From Candidatus Didemnitutus sp. (lineage in GTDB: Bacteria; Verrucomicrobiota; Verrucomicrobiia; Opitutales; Opitutaceae), in assembly GCA_017991595.1 (NCBI GenBank), contig JAGOQJ010000001.1:604410-668409 (forward strand): DNA of 64,000 bases. Direction: 5' to 3'. A model generated the notes under the pieces. That model saw nothing but the letters and a program-made list of their open reading frames with translations. It did no database searches and was not told the origin of the DNA. Shown one piece after another: positions 20,370 to 29,918 of this stretch. Each line of letters starts with the position of its first letter. Position 1 is the stretch's first letter. The position numbers were made by a program, and so were the translations under genes.

Positions 20370-21635
20370 ATGTCCAATCTCTCCCCTGAAGAAGCCGCGC
20401 GCCTGCACCCTGAAACCCTGACGCTCAGCCACGGGTTCGATCCGTTCCTCAGCGAGGGCGCGGTGAAGCCGCCGATGTTCCTCACCTCGACCTTCGCGTT
20501 CCGGAAATCCGAGGACGGCAAACGTTTCTTCGCGTGGATGCGCGGCGAGGGCGGCGCGCCGACGGGCAAGCATCAGGCCGGCCTGATCTATTCGCGGTTC
20601 AACAACCCCAATCTCGAGATTTTCGAGGACCGCATGGCGATGTGGGAAGGCATGAAGGGCGCCTGCAGCTTCTCCAGCGGCATGGCCGCGATCAGCACCG
20701 CCATCCTCGCCACCCACGCGCCGGGCGACGAGATGATCGTCTGTGCTCCGCTCTACGGCGGCACCGAGACCTTCATGCGCGGCTTTCTGGCGAAGTTCGG
20801 CATCAAGTGCCACTTCATCAACGCCGGCGTCGGTGCACCCGAGGCGGCCCGCTCGCTCCTCTCGCCGGTCACGCGCTCCATCTTCATCGAGAGCCCGGCC
20901 AACCCCAACAACCGGCTCACCGACATCGGCGCGATGAAGCAATTGGCCGCCGCCCATGCGCGGCGCGACGGCGGCAGCGTGCTCATCATGGTCGACAACA
21001 CCATGGCGGGCCCCGTCTTCTCCAAGCCGGCCAAGTGCGGCGCGGATGTCGTGCTCTACTCGGCCACCAAGTTCATCGGCGGCCACTCCGACATCGTCGG
21101 CGGTGTCGCGCTCGCCGACGACATCAAGCTGCTCAAAGCCATCAACGGTCTCCGCAACAGCCTCGGCGGCATGCCCAATCCGCACACGGCCTGGCTGCTG
21201 ACGCGCTCGCTCGAGACGCTCAAGATCCGCGCCGAGACGGCCGCGCAAAACGCGCAACGTTGTGCCGAGTTTCTCGCCGCGCATCCGAAGGTCCGCGCCG
21301 TGGGCTTCCTCGGTTTGCTCAAGGCCGGCGACCCCGACTTCGAGATCTACCGCAAGCAGCACTCCGGCCCCGGCTCGCTCATCTCCGTGAACATTCGCGG
21401 CGGCGAACAAGAATCCTTCGCGTTCCTCGATCACCTCAAGATCATCAAGCTGGCCGTCTCGCTCGGCTCCACCGAGTCGCTCGCCCAGCACCCGGCGGCC
21501 ATGACGCACTCCGGCCTCACGGCGGAGGCGAAGCGCGCTTGCGGCGTCACCGACGATCTCGTCCGCATCTCCATCGGCATCGAGAACGCCGCCGACCTCC
21601 TCTGGGACCTCGGTCAGGCGCTCGAACACGTCTGA
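20370..21635 (+). CDS. PLP-dependent Cys/Met metabolism enzyme (methionine gamma-lyase / O-acetylhomoserine sulfhydrylase-like)
   Basis: SATKFIGGHSD PLP-lysine motif; about 420 aa; a 185-nt leader lies upstream. Confidence 0.7.
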   Translation: MSNLSPEEAARLHPETLTLSHGFDPFLSEGAVKPPMFLTSTFAFRKSEDGKRFFAWMRGEGGAPTGKHQAGLIYSRFNNPNLEIFEDRMAMWEGMKGACSFSSGMAAISTAILATHAPGDEMIVCAPLYGGTETFMRGFLAKFGIKCHFINAGVGAPEAARSLLSPVTRSIFIESPANPNNRLTDIGAMKQLAAAHARRDGGSVLIMVDNTMAGPVFSKPAKCGADVVLYSATKFIGGHSDIVGGVALADDIKLLKAINGLRNSLGGMPNPHTAWLLTRSLETLKIRAETAAQNAQRCAEFLAAHPKVRAVGFLGLLKAGDPDFEIYRKQHSGPGSLISVNIRGGEQESFAFLDHLKIIKLAVSLGSTESLAQHPAAMTHSGLTAEAKRACGVTDDLVRISIGIENAADLLWDLGQALEHV

Positions 21636-21695
21636 GCCGGCCTTGTCTCCGTCGTCTGCGCGGGTCCGGCTTTCCTGTCGGCGCCCGCGCGACAC

Positions 21696-22643
21696 TTAAG
21701 GTTCCACGAACACGGGCAGCCCGACCCACGCGACGGCGAGCAGCGTGCGCGCATCCCAGTTGGCGAGGCGGAAGCATCCGTGCGATTCCGTGCGGCCGAC
21801 CTTCTCCGGCTCGGGCGTGCCATGGATCCCGTAGCCGGGCACGTCGAGCCCGAGCCAGGCCACGCCCACGGGATTGTTCGGTCCGGGCGGCAGGATCAGC
21901 CGGCGCCCGAGCGTTTGACCTTCGGCCGACTCGGGAAAGACCGCCGGATCGAACGTGTAATTCGGGTCCGGAATCACCACGGTCACGTGCAACTCGCCCA
22001 CGGGGCGCTTGTCGACTGCCCGCGCAATGCTCACGGGAAAATGGGCGATGAGGCGTCCCTCGGCGTCGTTCACCTGTAGCACGCGGTCGGCAAGCTTCAC
22101 GTGCAGCTGCGCGGCGGTGCCGGCCAGTTGCACGGGGCCGACCGCCGGCACTTGGATCGTCATGCCGGGCAACGGCTGCTCCCAGTCCATCGCCGGGTTG
22201 AGCCGGCGCAGCAGTTTCGGATTGGCGCGATAGCGCTCCGCGGCGAACTCGAGCGCCGATCCGTAGCCGAGTTGGTCGAGTTCGGATTTGCCGAGCCACG
22301 TGTCGGGCACTGGTTGCAGCACGGCGAGTTCCTGCGCGGCGAAGGTATGCGTCGTGAACGCCGGCGCGGTCAGCAGCAGTGCTTCGCGGGTCGGGGTGTC
22401 GAGCCGGCCCGTCTCGTCGAGAAACGCGCTGCGTTGGAACGCGCGCAACGCCGCACCCGATTGGTTGCCCGCGACGCCGTCGATCGAACCGCAGGAAAAA
22501 CCACGCCGGTGCAACTCGATCTGCGCCTCAAGCCAATCCTGCACCGGACGCACGGCGAATTCCGCTTCCGGCTCGGTCTGGGCCGAGGTCAAAGCGGCGA
22601 CGCCGCAGGCGAGGAGCAGAAAAGTGGTTCGAGCTAGCCGCAC
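21696..22643 (-). CDS. L,D-transpeptidase (YkuD) with N-terminal peptidoglycan-binding-like domain
   Basis: Signal peptide; catalytic SHGCFRL motif. Confidence 0.8.
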   Translation of the reverse strand: MRLARTTFLLLACGVAALTSAQTEPEAEFAVRPVQDWLEAQIELHRRGFSCGSIDGVAGNQSGAALRAFQRSAFLDETGRLDTPTREALLLTAPAFTTHTFAAQELAVLQPVPDTWLGKSELDQLGYGSALEFAAERYRANPKLLRRLNPAMDWEQPLPGMTIQVPAVGPVQLAGTAAQLHVKLADRVLQVNDAEGRLIAHFPVSIARAVDKRPVGELHVTVVIPDPNYTFDPAVFPESAEGQTLGRRLILPPGPNNPVGVAWLGLDVPGYGIHGTPEPEKVGRTESHGCFRLANWDARTLLAVAWVGLPVFVEP

Positions 22644-22713
22644 GCCGGCGGATTATCCGGAGGCCGCTGGGCGCGTCAACCGGCGCGTCACCAAGGGCTG
22701 AGGCCGCGTCGGT

Positions 22714-22845
22714 TCAGCGGCTGGTCAAGTGCCAGCAACCGCAGAGCGGACAGCGGTAGGCCGTGCGCCGGCGTTCCACGCCGACGAGTAGCGCGGCGTC
22801 GAGGGCGTCGCCTTGCGTGCGGTAGCGGCGCTTGCCCACGCACAT
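22714..22845 (-). CDS. Small Cys-rich zinc-ribbon-like protein (CxxC...WHLTS C-terminus), hypothetical
   Basis: Not in the ORF track (<60 aa). Minus-strand translation (V)KRPTREQREKMCVGKRRYRTQGDALDAALLVGVERRRTAYRCPLCGCWHLTSR*; an alternative GTG start lies at 22878. Confidence 0.4.
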   Translation of the reverse strand: MCVGKRRYRTQGDALDAALLVGVERRRTAYRCPLCGCWHLTSR

Positions 22846-22890
22846 CTTCTCGCGTTGCTCCCGGGTCGGTCGTTTCACGGCGAGGAATGG

Positions 22891-23442
22891 TCAGGCAGTC
22901 GGATGCAACGCGAGGCCCAGCAGGTGGAGGGCGGGGGACTCCGCGGTTAGGCGAAACTCGCGTTCGTAGATGAAACCGAGCTTCGCGAGCACGCGCAACG
23001 AGGCGGCGTTGTCAGGTTGCACGATGGCGGCGAGGCGCTGCAGGCCGTGCCGTTGTCGGGCCAGTTCGAGCACCGCGCGGCCGGACTCGCTCGCGTAGCC
23101 GAGCCCTTCGTGCGCGCCGAGAAAGGCGAAGCCCAGTTCGACATCGGGGAGGGTGTCGCGTTTCAACAAGCCGCACATCCCGACGGGTGTGCCGTCTTCG
23201 CGGCGGCTGACGTGGAGGAGCCCGAAACCGTGGCGCGCGTAGCTCGCGACCGACCCTTGGACGAGATAGGTTTCCGCGTCGGCTACGGTGCGCAGGCCGC
23301 GATCGCCGATATAGCGCAGCCAGCCCGGCGAGTTCACCAAGGCGAGGACGAAGGCGGCGTCCGCGGGCACGAAGGCACGCAAGGCGAGGCGCTCAGTCAG
23401 CAGGGGCGGGCTCATCGGCCCAGTGGAACGGATGCCGGTCAC
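22891..23442 (-). CDS. GNAT family N-acetyltransferase (RimJ/RimL-like)
   Basis: Acetyl-CoA binding block GLGYASESGRAVLELA and the GNAT fold pattern. Confidence 0.7.
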   Translation of the reverse strand: MTGIRSTGPMSPPLLTERLALRAFVPADAAFVLALVNSPGWLRYIGDRGLRTVADAETYLVQGSVASYARHGFGLLHVSRREDGTPVGMCGLLKRDTLPDVELGFAFLGAHEGLGYASESGRAVLELARQRHGLQRLAAIVQPDNAASLRVLAKLGFIYEREFRLTAESPALHLLGLALHPTA

Positions 23443-23531
23443 CGAGGCGAGCGCGGGTCGCGGTGAGGGTAAGCCGACTTTATGACAATCGATGCCGAGC
23501 CAAGGGTGGCGGCCCGGGATAGACTTGGCCC

Positions 23532-23747
23532 ATGAACTCCCGGTTTCATTTCGATGGCGTCAGCCATACGTGGCCGATGGGACGGATCATGGCGGCCGCT
23601 TGGTGCATCATCGCGGCGAAATGCGTGCTCGTGTGGTGGGCGATCGGGCACTGGCAGGTGCCGGTGCATCCGGCGTGGATCATCGTGCCGACGCTGATGA
23701 TGGCGGCGCTGGCCACGATGCTCTGGGTCACGCATCGCGAGGACTGA
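23532..23747 (+). CDS. Small membrane protein, hypothetical
   Basis: Two hydrophobic helices (AAAWCIIAAKCVLVWWAIG; IIVPTLMMAALATMLWV). Confidence 0.3.
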   Translation: MNSRFHFDGVSHTWPMGRIMAAAWCIIAAKCVLVWWAIGHWQVPVHPAWIIVPTLMMAALATMLWVTHRED

Positions 23748-23804
23748 GTCGGACGCCGGCTCACGTGCGACCGCGCCCGGCCGGGCGCGGCGGGCGGCGT
23801 TGTA

Positions 23805-24401
23805 TCAGGCCTCGGCCAACCGTTCCGCGATGTCCTGCAGGATTTCCTTCCGTCCTGCCTTCGTCTTGGAGGAGGTCAGGAACAGGCGCGGTTGCAGGCC
23901 GAGCGGAGCGAGGCCGTCGCGCTGGAAGCGTGCGACCGCGTTCTTCGTCTGCGTGGGCGACTGCTTGTCCGCCTTGGTGAACACAAGGGAGAACGGCACG
24001 CCGGCGCCCGCCAGCCACTCGATGAAGGCGACGTCGATCGGCTGGGGTTCGATGCGCGGGTCGATCAGCACGTAGGTGTGCTGGAGCGACTCGCGTTGCT
24101 CGAGGTAGTCGGCGACGGCGCGGTTGAAGTCGAAACGCTCCGTCTTCGCGCCGTGCGCGTAGCCGTAGCCGGGCAGGTCGACGAGGCGCCAGCGGCGGTT
24201 GATGACGAAAAAGTTCAGCAGGCGGGTCTTGCCGGGCAGGTCCGAGACGCGGGCCAAACCGTGACGCTCGGCGAGGAGGTTGATGAGCGAGGATTTCCCG
24301 ACGTTCGAGCGTCCGATGAACGCGAATTCCGGCAAGGGCAGGCGCGGCCCGTCGGCGTGGCTAGGGGCGCTGAGCTCGAATTCGGCGGAAAGGATCTTCA
24401 T
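23805..24401 (-). CDS. engB: Ribosome biogenesis GTP-binding protein EngB/YsxC
   Basis: G1 GRSNVGKSSL; G3 DLPGYGY; G4 TKADK; about 199 aa from MKILSAEFE. The track ORF extension beyond it is spurious. Confidence 0.85.
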   Translation of the reverse strand: MKILSAEFELSAPSHADGPRLPLPEFAFIGRSNVGKSSLINLLAERHGLARVSDLPGKTRLLNFFVINRRWRLVDLPGYGYAHGAKTERFDFNRAVADYLEQRESLQHTYVLIDPRIEPQPIDVAFIEWLAGAGVPFSLVFTKADKQSPTQTKNAVARFQRDGLAPLGLQPRLFLTSSKTKAGRKEILQDIAERLAEA

Positions 24402-24501
24402 CGGGCCGAGTCCAACGCCCTCGCGGGTGCGAGTCACCCCGAATCCTCGCCGACGGGCCGGTTTGGCTTGAGCGAGCGGGGCGGCCCCGTTTCTTCGCCG
24501 G

Positions 24502-24810
24502 ATGCATTCGCTGAAAACCACGCTCGGTCGACTGCGCATCATCGGTTGGTGGGAAGGAGTTTCCTTCCTGCTGCTGCTGTTTGTCGCGATGCCGTTGAAA
24601 TACTTCGCGGACCAACCGCTCGCGGTGCGGGTCGTCGGCCTGGCGCACGGCGTGCTTTTCGCGCTCTTCGTCCTCGCTGCGGTCCATGCCGCCGTCGTGC
24701 AAGGCTGGGCGATGAAACGCACGGCGCTCGTGCTGCTCGGGGCGGTGCTGCCCTTCGGGCCGTTCGTGATCGACGCGAAGCTCCTGCGCGGCGAGGTGCC
24801 GCGGGATTGA
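24502..24810 (+). CDS. DUF3817 family membrane protein
   Basis: LRIIGWWEGVSFLLLLFVAMPLKYFA...GLAHGVLFALFVL is the typical DUF3817 pattern. Confidence 0.5.
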   Translation: MHSLKTTLGRLRIIGWWEGVSFLLLLFVAMPLKYFADQPLAVRVVGLAHGVLFALFVLAAVHAAVVQGWAMKRTALVLLGAVLPFGPFVIDAKLLRGEVPRD

Positions 24811-24904
24811 GCGCGGCCGCCGGGCCGGGGCACCGGGTGGCGTTAATGTTGCACAATCGGGCTTCCCTCGCCGCCGGGTTTACGCGAGGCTGCCTCGCGC
24901 GCCC

Positions 24905-25753
24905 ATGCAAGAAGAGACCGCGATTTATCTCACCAATATCGTCATCGCCGTGATCCTCGCGGGTCTCCTCACGCATTCCTGGCTGCGGTTGGGGCGTAGC
25001 ACACCGAGCTTCTATTGGATGATCGCGGCGTGGATCATGGTGGTGGCGGATGTGTTCTTCGCGCTGCGGCCGGATCTGCCGCACTGGGTGGGACGCTTGT
25101 TTCCGACGCTGCTCGTGACCGTCGGACAGTTGACGTTCTTCGCCGGTGCGCGGACGACCGCAAAGCAACCCGTGCCGTGGAAGACCCTCACCGGCGTGCT
25201 GGCTTTCCATGCGCTGGCGCTGACGTATTTCCTGCTCGGTGGGCCGGCCACGCCGTGGCGCATGGTGACGAACGGCGTCATCTGGGCGACGATCGCGTTC
25301 ATGGCGTTCCTGAGCCTGCGCAAGGCGCCGGTGTTCTTCTGGCAGTCGATCGTGGCGCCGGCGAACGTGTTCCTGCTCCACGGCCTCTTCCATGTGGCGC
25401 GCATCACTCTGGCCATCGGCTCCTCGGCTTATGACTGGCCGCGCGTCGCGGATGCGTTGCAGGTCGTGGGCGACCTTGAGGCGAGTTTCTTCATCGTGGC
25501 GCTCTTCACCTCCCTGCTCATCGCCACGCTGCAGCAACGCCACGAGGAACTCATGAGCGCTCGCGCCGAGGTGGAGACGCTGTCCGGGCTCCTGCCCGTG
25601 TGCGCCTGGTGCAAGAAGGTGCGCGACGACGAAGGCTACTGGCAGCAGGTCGAGGATTACCTTTCCCGGCGCAATATCCGGATCACGCACGGCATCTGCG
25701 CGGACTGCATGTCCACGCAGACCAAGGACACGCGCACGTCGTCCTCGAGCTGA
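24905..25753 (+). CDS. 7TM membrane sensor-like protein with C-terminal Cys/His zinc-ribbon-like motif
   Basis: Seven predicted TM helices, then a coiled-coil linker and LPVCAWCKKVRDDEGYWQQVEDYLSRRNIRITHGICADCMS. Confidence 0.5.
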   Translation: MQEETAIYLTNIVIAVILAGLLTHSWLRLGRSTPSFYWMIAAWIMVVADVFFALRPDLPHWVGRLFPTLLVTVGQLTFFAGARTTAKQPVPWKTLTGVLAFHALALTYFLLGGPATPWRMVTNGVIWATIAFMAFLSLRKAPVFFWQSIVAPANVFLLHGLFHVARITLAIGSSAYDWPRVADALQVVGDLEASFFIVALFTSLLIATLQQRHEELMSARAEVETLSGLLPVCAWCKKVRDDEGYWQQVEDYLSRRNIRITHGICADCMSTQTKDTRTSSSS

Positions 25754-26025
25754 GCGGGCAAGGCGCGCGCCCGAGCGAGGGGCGGCGCTTGAACAGTTGC
25801 AGGCCGCGAGCAGATAGCGCTTGCGCTGCCCGTAATTGTGACGATGGGTAGGGGTGTTCGATGTCAGGTCAGATGCACGGTTGAGATCGTGATTTGCGAC
25901 AGGAACGAAAGGCCGCGCCAGATGAGTCCATCCGCGCGGCAGTCAGTTTAGGTTCAGGCGCGTCGCTTGCGGCGCGTTGCAGGTCAGCGGCAGTGAAACG
26001 TCAGCGTTCAACACCCACACCGACC

Positions 26026-26454
26026 ATGAACTTCCATCAACTCCTTCCACAACGCGCCGGGCTGTTGCGCGCCGCCCGGCTGGCCAATCTGGCCTTCGCC
26101 TACGCGCGCTTGCGGGTCTTTGCCGCCCGGATTGCCGATGCGGGCATCGCGGGACCGCTCGCGCTCCAGCCGGTCGATCCCGAGGTGGGGCGTTTCTGCC
26201 CCGTGCTCGCCGCCCACGCCTGCAGCCAGGCGGTGATCGACGAGCATTTCCTCGATGAGGATGTCGTGGAACTGGCCGACATCCTCGCTTTCCTGCGCGA
26301 GCAGAACGACACCTTCGGCTCCGATTTTGCCGCCGAGGATCTCGCGGCGCGCTTCCTGCCGTGGCTGCGGCGCGAGTTGGAACGCGCCGGCGTCGGCGTG
26401 GACGAGGCCACCTCCGCTGGCGGCGCCGCCCGCGCGGAATCGGCTGAGGACTGA
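26026..26454 (+). CDS. Hypothetical protein
   Basis: ORF starting MNFHQLLPQRAGLL; no recognisable motifs; acidic C-terminus. Confidence 0.3.
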   Translation: MNFHQLLPQRAGLLRAARLANLAFAYARLRVFAARIADAGIAGPLALQPVDPEVGRFCPVLAAHACSQAVIDEHFLDEDVVELADILAFLREQNDTFGSDFAAEDLAARFLPWLRRELERAGVGVDEATSAGGAARAESAED

Positions 26455-26481
26455 GCGAAGGCCGGAGCGCGCTCGCGCGGC

Positions 26482-28305
26482 TTACTTGGCGGCCGCGACG
26501 GCCGGCGTGGTGTCGGCGTCAACGGTCAGCCGCTCGTGCGCGATGAGCGCCAGCACGCGCGCGCGCCGTTCGGCGGAAAGGTTTTTCGCCCAGAGAAAGT
26601 CCGTGGCGTCGCCGGTCATCTTCACCTGGCCTTCACCGTCGGAGAAAAAGACATCGAGCGTCGCGACCTCGCGGTCGCGGCGGTGCAGTGCGACGTTCTC
26701 CGGGTGGCCGCCGGCCTCGAACAGACTCGCGCTCAATGCGTCGAGCGTGACGCTCTCGCCCAGCCAGTGGCGGAAGCTCGGCACCAAGTCGGCCTGCTTG
26801 TAAACCGCGTCGATCACCTGCGGGGCGGGTCGTCGGCGATCCACGATGACGAGCGGCACGCGGGAAGAGAGCCCCAGACCGAACGCGGTCTTCTCCGCCG
26901 GCAGCGTGGGCGTCATCGCCCGGTGATCCGACGTGATGACGAGGATGCCGTCCTCGAAGAACCCGCGCCGTTCGAGTTCGCGCACGAACCAGCCCGCCCA
27001 GCGATCGGTGTAGCGGAAGCACGCTTCGATATCGATCCGGTGGCTGTCGGGATCGAGGTAAGGGATGTGGCTGGAGACGGTTTCGAGGGTGAGAAAAAAA
27101 GGTTGGCCGGCGGGGCGGTCGCCGAGCCATTGCAGCGTGCGCTTGTAGAGCGCCTCGTCGTGCGCGGCGTCGAAAGCGGCGATGCGCGGCCAGCCGTTGT
27201 AGAACGGATGCTCGCTGCCCTCGCTCTGTTCGTAGCCGATGCCCGTCAGCCACGGGCCCTTGCCGACGAAGTCGAGCGTGCCCGTCGTCATGAAGCGCGT
27301 GGAATAGCCCGCGCGCCGGAAGACGCCCGGCAAGGTGTCGCGTTGGCTCGCGACGGAAGGCAGTTGGTCGAGCTGGCTGGTCTTGCCGTAGGGCACCCAC
27401 AGGCGCACGCCGCCCAGCAGATTGACCAAGCCCTCGGCCGTGCAGTAGCCGCCGGCGTGAAAACGGGTGAAGCGCGTGTTGGCCCGTGCGAGCGCGTCGA
27501 GCTCCGGTGTCCAGTCGAGCACGCCGTCAAACGCGGCGGAGTGGTAACTCGACCAGGATTCGACGATGAGGAGGATGACGTTGCGTCGGTCGGGCGAAGC
27601 GGGCGCAAGCGTGCGGACGGGCAGCTGGCGATAGGCTGCGGTGAGCCGCTCCTCCTCGGCGGGCGAGTAGCGCTTGCGCTGCGGGTTCGGGGTGTTGAGC
27701 GCGACGACGTTTTCGCGCATCCAGCGCGGCAGATGATCCGGGTCCATCGGCCGCCACAGGCCGAAGGCGCCCAAGGCGACGCCGCCGGCGAGCAACGCGT
27801 GCGAATAACGGGCGCGCCGCCACGGGGCGAAAAGGAGTCCGCCGATCAGCGTCAGCGCGATGAGCGCGATCAGCGCCACACCGGCCACGCCGAAACGATC
27901 CACCAGGAAACCGACAACGACGTCCGGGAGCGGGGCGAACGTCGTCAACCGTCCCCACGACAGGCGCGTCTGCATGCACCATACCATCATGACGTCGACG
28001 GAGTAGAGGACGATGAAACCGGCCAGCGCCGCGCGCGAGAGCGGCAGCAAGCGCCGGGGCAGCCCGTGCAGGCTCACCCAGAGGAGCAGGCACGCGGCGG
28101 CGATGAGCACGGCATCGCTTTGCACCACGAGCGCGGCCGCCGCGCCGGGCTCGGAGGCGAACTCGGGATTCGTCGCCACGAGCAGGGCGCGGGCGCCCAA
28201 GGCCGCGAACATCGCGAGCAACGGGAAAAGCACGCCCCAACGCGCGAGGCGGGAACGATCCGGCGTGGTTGGCGATGCAGGCGAAGGGGCAGGGGCCGTG
28301 GGCAT
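26482..28305 (-). CDS. LTA synthase / sulfatase-family membrane protein (alkaline phosphatase superfamily; phosphoglycerol or phosphoethanolamine transferase-like)
   Basis: N-terminal multi-TM region followed by a sulfatase-like catalytic domain (VILLIVESWSSYHSAAFDG...); start uncertain. Confidence 0.6.
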   Translation of the reverse strand: MPTAPAPSPASPTTPDRSRLARWGVLFPLLAMFAALGARALLVATNPEFASEPGAAAALVVQSDAVLIAAACLLLWVSLHGLPRRLLPLSRAALAGFIVLYSVDVMMVWCMQTRLSWGRLTTFAPLPDVVVGFLVDRFGVAGVALIALIALTLIGGLLFAPWRRARYSHALLAGGVALGAFGLWRPMDPDHLPRWMRENVVALNTPNPQRKRYSPAEEERLTAAYRQLPVRTLAPASPDRRNVILLIVESWSSYHSAAFDGVLDWTPELDALARANTRFTRFHAGGYCTAEGLVNLLGGVRLWVPYGKTSQLDQLPSVASQRDTLPGVFRRAGYSTRFMTTGTLDFVGKGPWLTGIGYEQSEGSEHPFYNGWPRIAAFDAAHDEALYKRTLQWLGDRPAGQPFFLTLETVSSHIPYLDPDSHRIDIEACFRYTDRWAGWFVRELERRGFFEDGILVITSDHRAMTPTLPAEKTAFGLGLSSRVPLVIVDRRRPAPQVIDAVYKQADLVPSFRHWLGESVTLDALSASLFEAGGHPENVALHRRDREVATLDVFFSDGEGQVKMTGDATDFLWAKNLSAERRARVLALIAHERLTVDADTTPAVAAAK

Positions 28306-28392
28306 GGAGCGTCGCGTCAATGCCTCAGCGCCTGCGGTGCTGCAATCGGAATTCCCTCGCGCGTTGTCGGCGCCTGTGTGATCGCGCACGCC

Positions 28393-28863
28393 TCAAGGCG
28401 TGGCCGCGGGCTCGCGGGTGGCTTGCCACGTCACGACCTGCCAGAGACCGTTGCGCCGGAGAAACGCGCCGCTGTTGCGGGAATACCAGGTGGTGCCGTC
28501 GGGATTGCGAATCACGAGGCGGAAGGTGAGTGCGGCGAAGTCGCCGTAAGGGCGCACGCGCACATCCTCCGCGCCGTAGGTGGTCCGCGCGGCGGCGGGA
28601 TCGTGCACGGCGGCGGCGACGCTGCGCACGATCTCGGCCTTCGTGCGCACGACGCCTTGGCCGCTCGTATAGACGAGGTCGTCGGCCCAGAAGCGTTCGT
28701 GCATGGCGGGATCGTCGACGCGGGCGAGAAATTCGTTCAACAGCGCGGTGATGGTGGGCGTCGTGGTGTCCGCGGTCGGTTCGGCGGCGCGAGCGGGGGC
28801 GCCGAATGTCACGAGGGCAAGCAGGACGGCGCAGCAATTCAGGGTCAGACGGGAGCGGGGCAT
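28393..28863 (-). CDS. Secreted NTF2-like/SnoaL-like (DUF4440-type) protein
   Basis: Signal peptide; ERFWADDLVYTSGQG...WQVVTWQAT pattern of NTF2-fold proteins. Confidence 0.45.
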   Translation of the reverse strand: MPRSRLTLNCCAVLLALVTFGAPARAAEPTADTTTPTITALLNEFLARVDDPAMHERFWADDLVYTSGQGVVRTKAEIVRSVAAAVHDPAAARTTYGAEDVRVRPYGDFAALTFRLVIRNPDGTTWYSRNSGAFLRRNGLWQVVTWQATREPAATP

Positions 28864-28965
28864 GCGCGACAACTAGCGCGTGCCGATGGGCGTTCAAGCG
28901 TGCACGCGGGCGAGGAGACGCGTGCGGCTGACGGATTCGCCGGTGCGGACGCGGGCGCGGGCCGG

Positions 28966-29775
28966 TCAGCGTTGCCGGCGGCGCGCGACGAGAGTGCCGC
29001 CCAATGCGATTGCACCCAGCAGCGCGGCGAGCGCGCCCGGCTCGGGAATGGAGGCGACGCCGAACACGTCGATTTCACGGTAGGCGGTGCCGCCGTTCTC
29101 GTGGCCGCTGAAGACGAACTGCAGCGCGGCCACGTTGGTCACGAGGTAGCCGCTGCTGGCAGAGATTTGCACGAGGGTGTTGGCGATCGACTCGTCAGTC
29201 GTCTCGACCTCGACGAACTGGCCACTTTCGTCATCCCACTCCATGCTCGTGCCGGTGGGGAAGCTGGTGTTGTTGTAGGTCGTGATCGTGATGAGCGGCA
29301 GGAAAGTTAGCGGATTGTCCGCGGTGGAATACTTCACGGTGTAGGCTTGGCCGTCGCGGCCGGAGTCCCAGCTGGCGAAGGTGCGAAGGCTCGAGAGCGA
29401 GTAGCCGGCGGGGTGGGCGGTGGTGTCGAGCGTGAAGGTGAGCGTCACGTTGTTGGGCATGACCGTGTATTGGCCGTCACCGCCCAAGCCGCTGGAGCCG
29501 AAGGTGCCGAAGGCGCCGTCGCTCAGGCGGCTGAGGTCGACGGTGTAGCCGCTGTCCTCGCGATAAAAATAGGTGTTGCCGGAACCCGGGGCTCCAGTGC
29601 GCGTCGCGGAGGTCAGGTGGGTTTGGAGAAGGTCGTCCGCCGAGACCGCGATGCCGCTGGGCATGGTCGCGGTGCCGGTGCCGTAGTTATCTTGGATCGG
29701 GGTTTGGGCCGACAGGGTGACGGCACCCAGGCAGGCAAATGCAGCGCAGAACAGGCGGCGTGGGAGCGAGTTCAT
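28966..29775 (-). CDS. PEP-CTERM sorting domain-containing secreted protein
   Basis: Signal peptide plus C-terminal IPEPGALAALLGAIALGGTLVARRRQR. Confidence 0.75.
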   Translation of the reverse strand: MNSLPRRLFCAAFACLGAVTLSAQTPIQDNYGTGTATMPSGIAVSADDLLQTHLTSATRTGAPGSGNTYFYREDSGYTVDLSRLSDGAFGTFGSSGLGGDGQYTVMPNNVTLTFTLDTTAHPAGYSLSSLRTFASWDSGRDGQAYTVKYSTADNPLTFLPLITITTYNNTSFPTGTSMEWDDESGQFVEVETTDESIANTLVQISASSGYLVTNVAALQFVFSGHENGGTAYREIDVFGVASIPEPGALAALLGAIALGGTLVARRRQR

Positions 29776-29918
29776 AGCCCCGACAATCCGGCCGCGCGGT
29801 GCGGAGACAAGTCCCATATCCATTCGCGCCGAGGTGCAGCTTGGAAAAGCGCCGGAGCGAGCGACGGCGTTTGGTGGCCGGCACTGCGGCGCGTGGCGAA
29901 GATCACCGGCCTGCGCGC

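Noticed and set aside
20534-22051. 505-aa + ORF overlapping the MGL-like gene and L,D-transpeptidase
   Set aside because: Alternate-frame shadow ORF, Arg/Pro-rich; the in-frame PLP enzyme and the opposite-strand transpeptidase have clear motifs.
26536-29310. 924-aa + strand ORF
   Set aside because: Antisense shadow ORF spanning three real minus-strand genes (sulfatase-like, NTF2-like, PEP-CTERM); Arg/Gly/Ala-rich junk.
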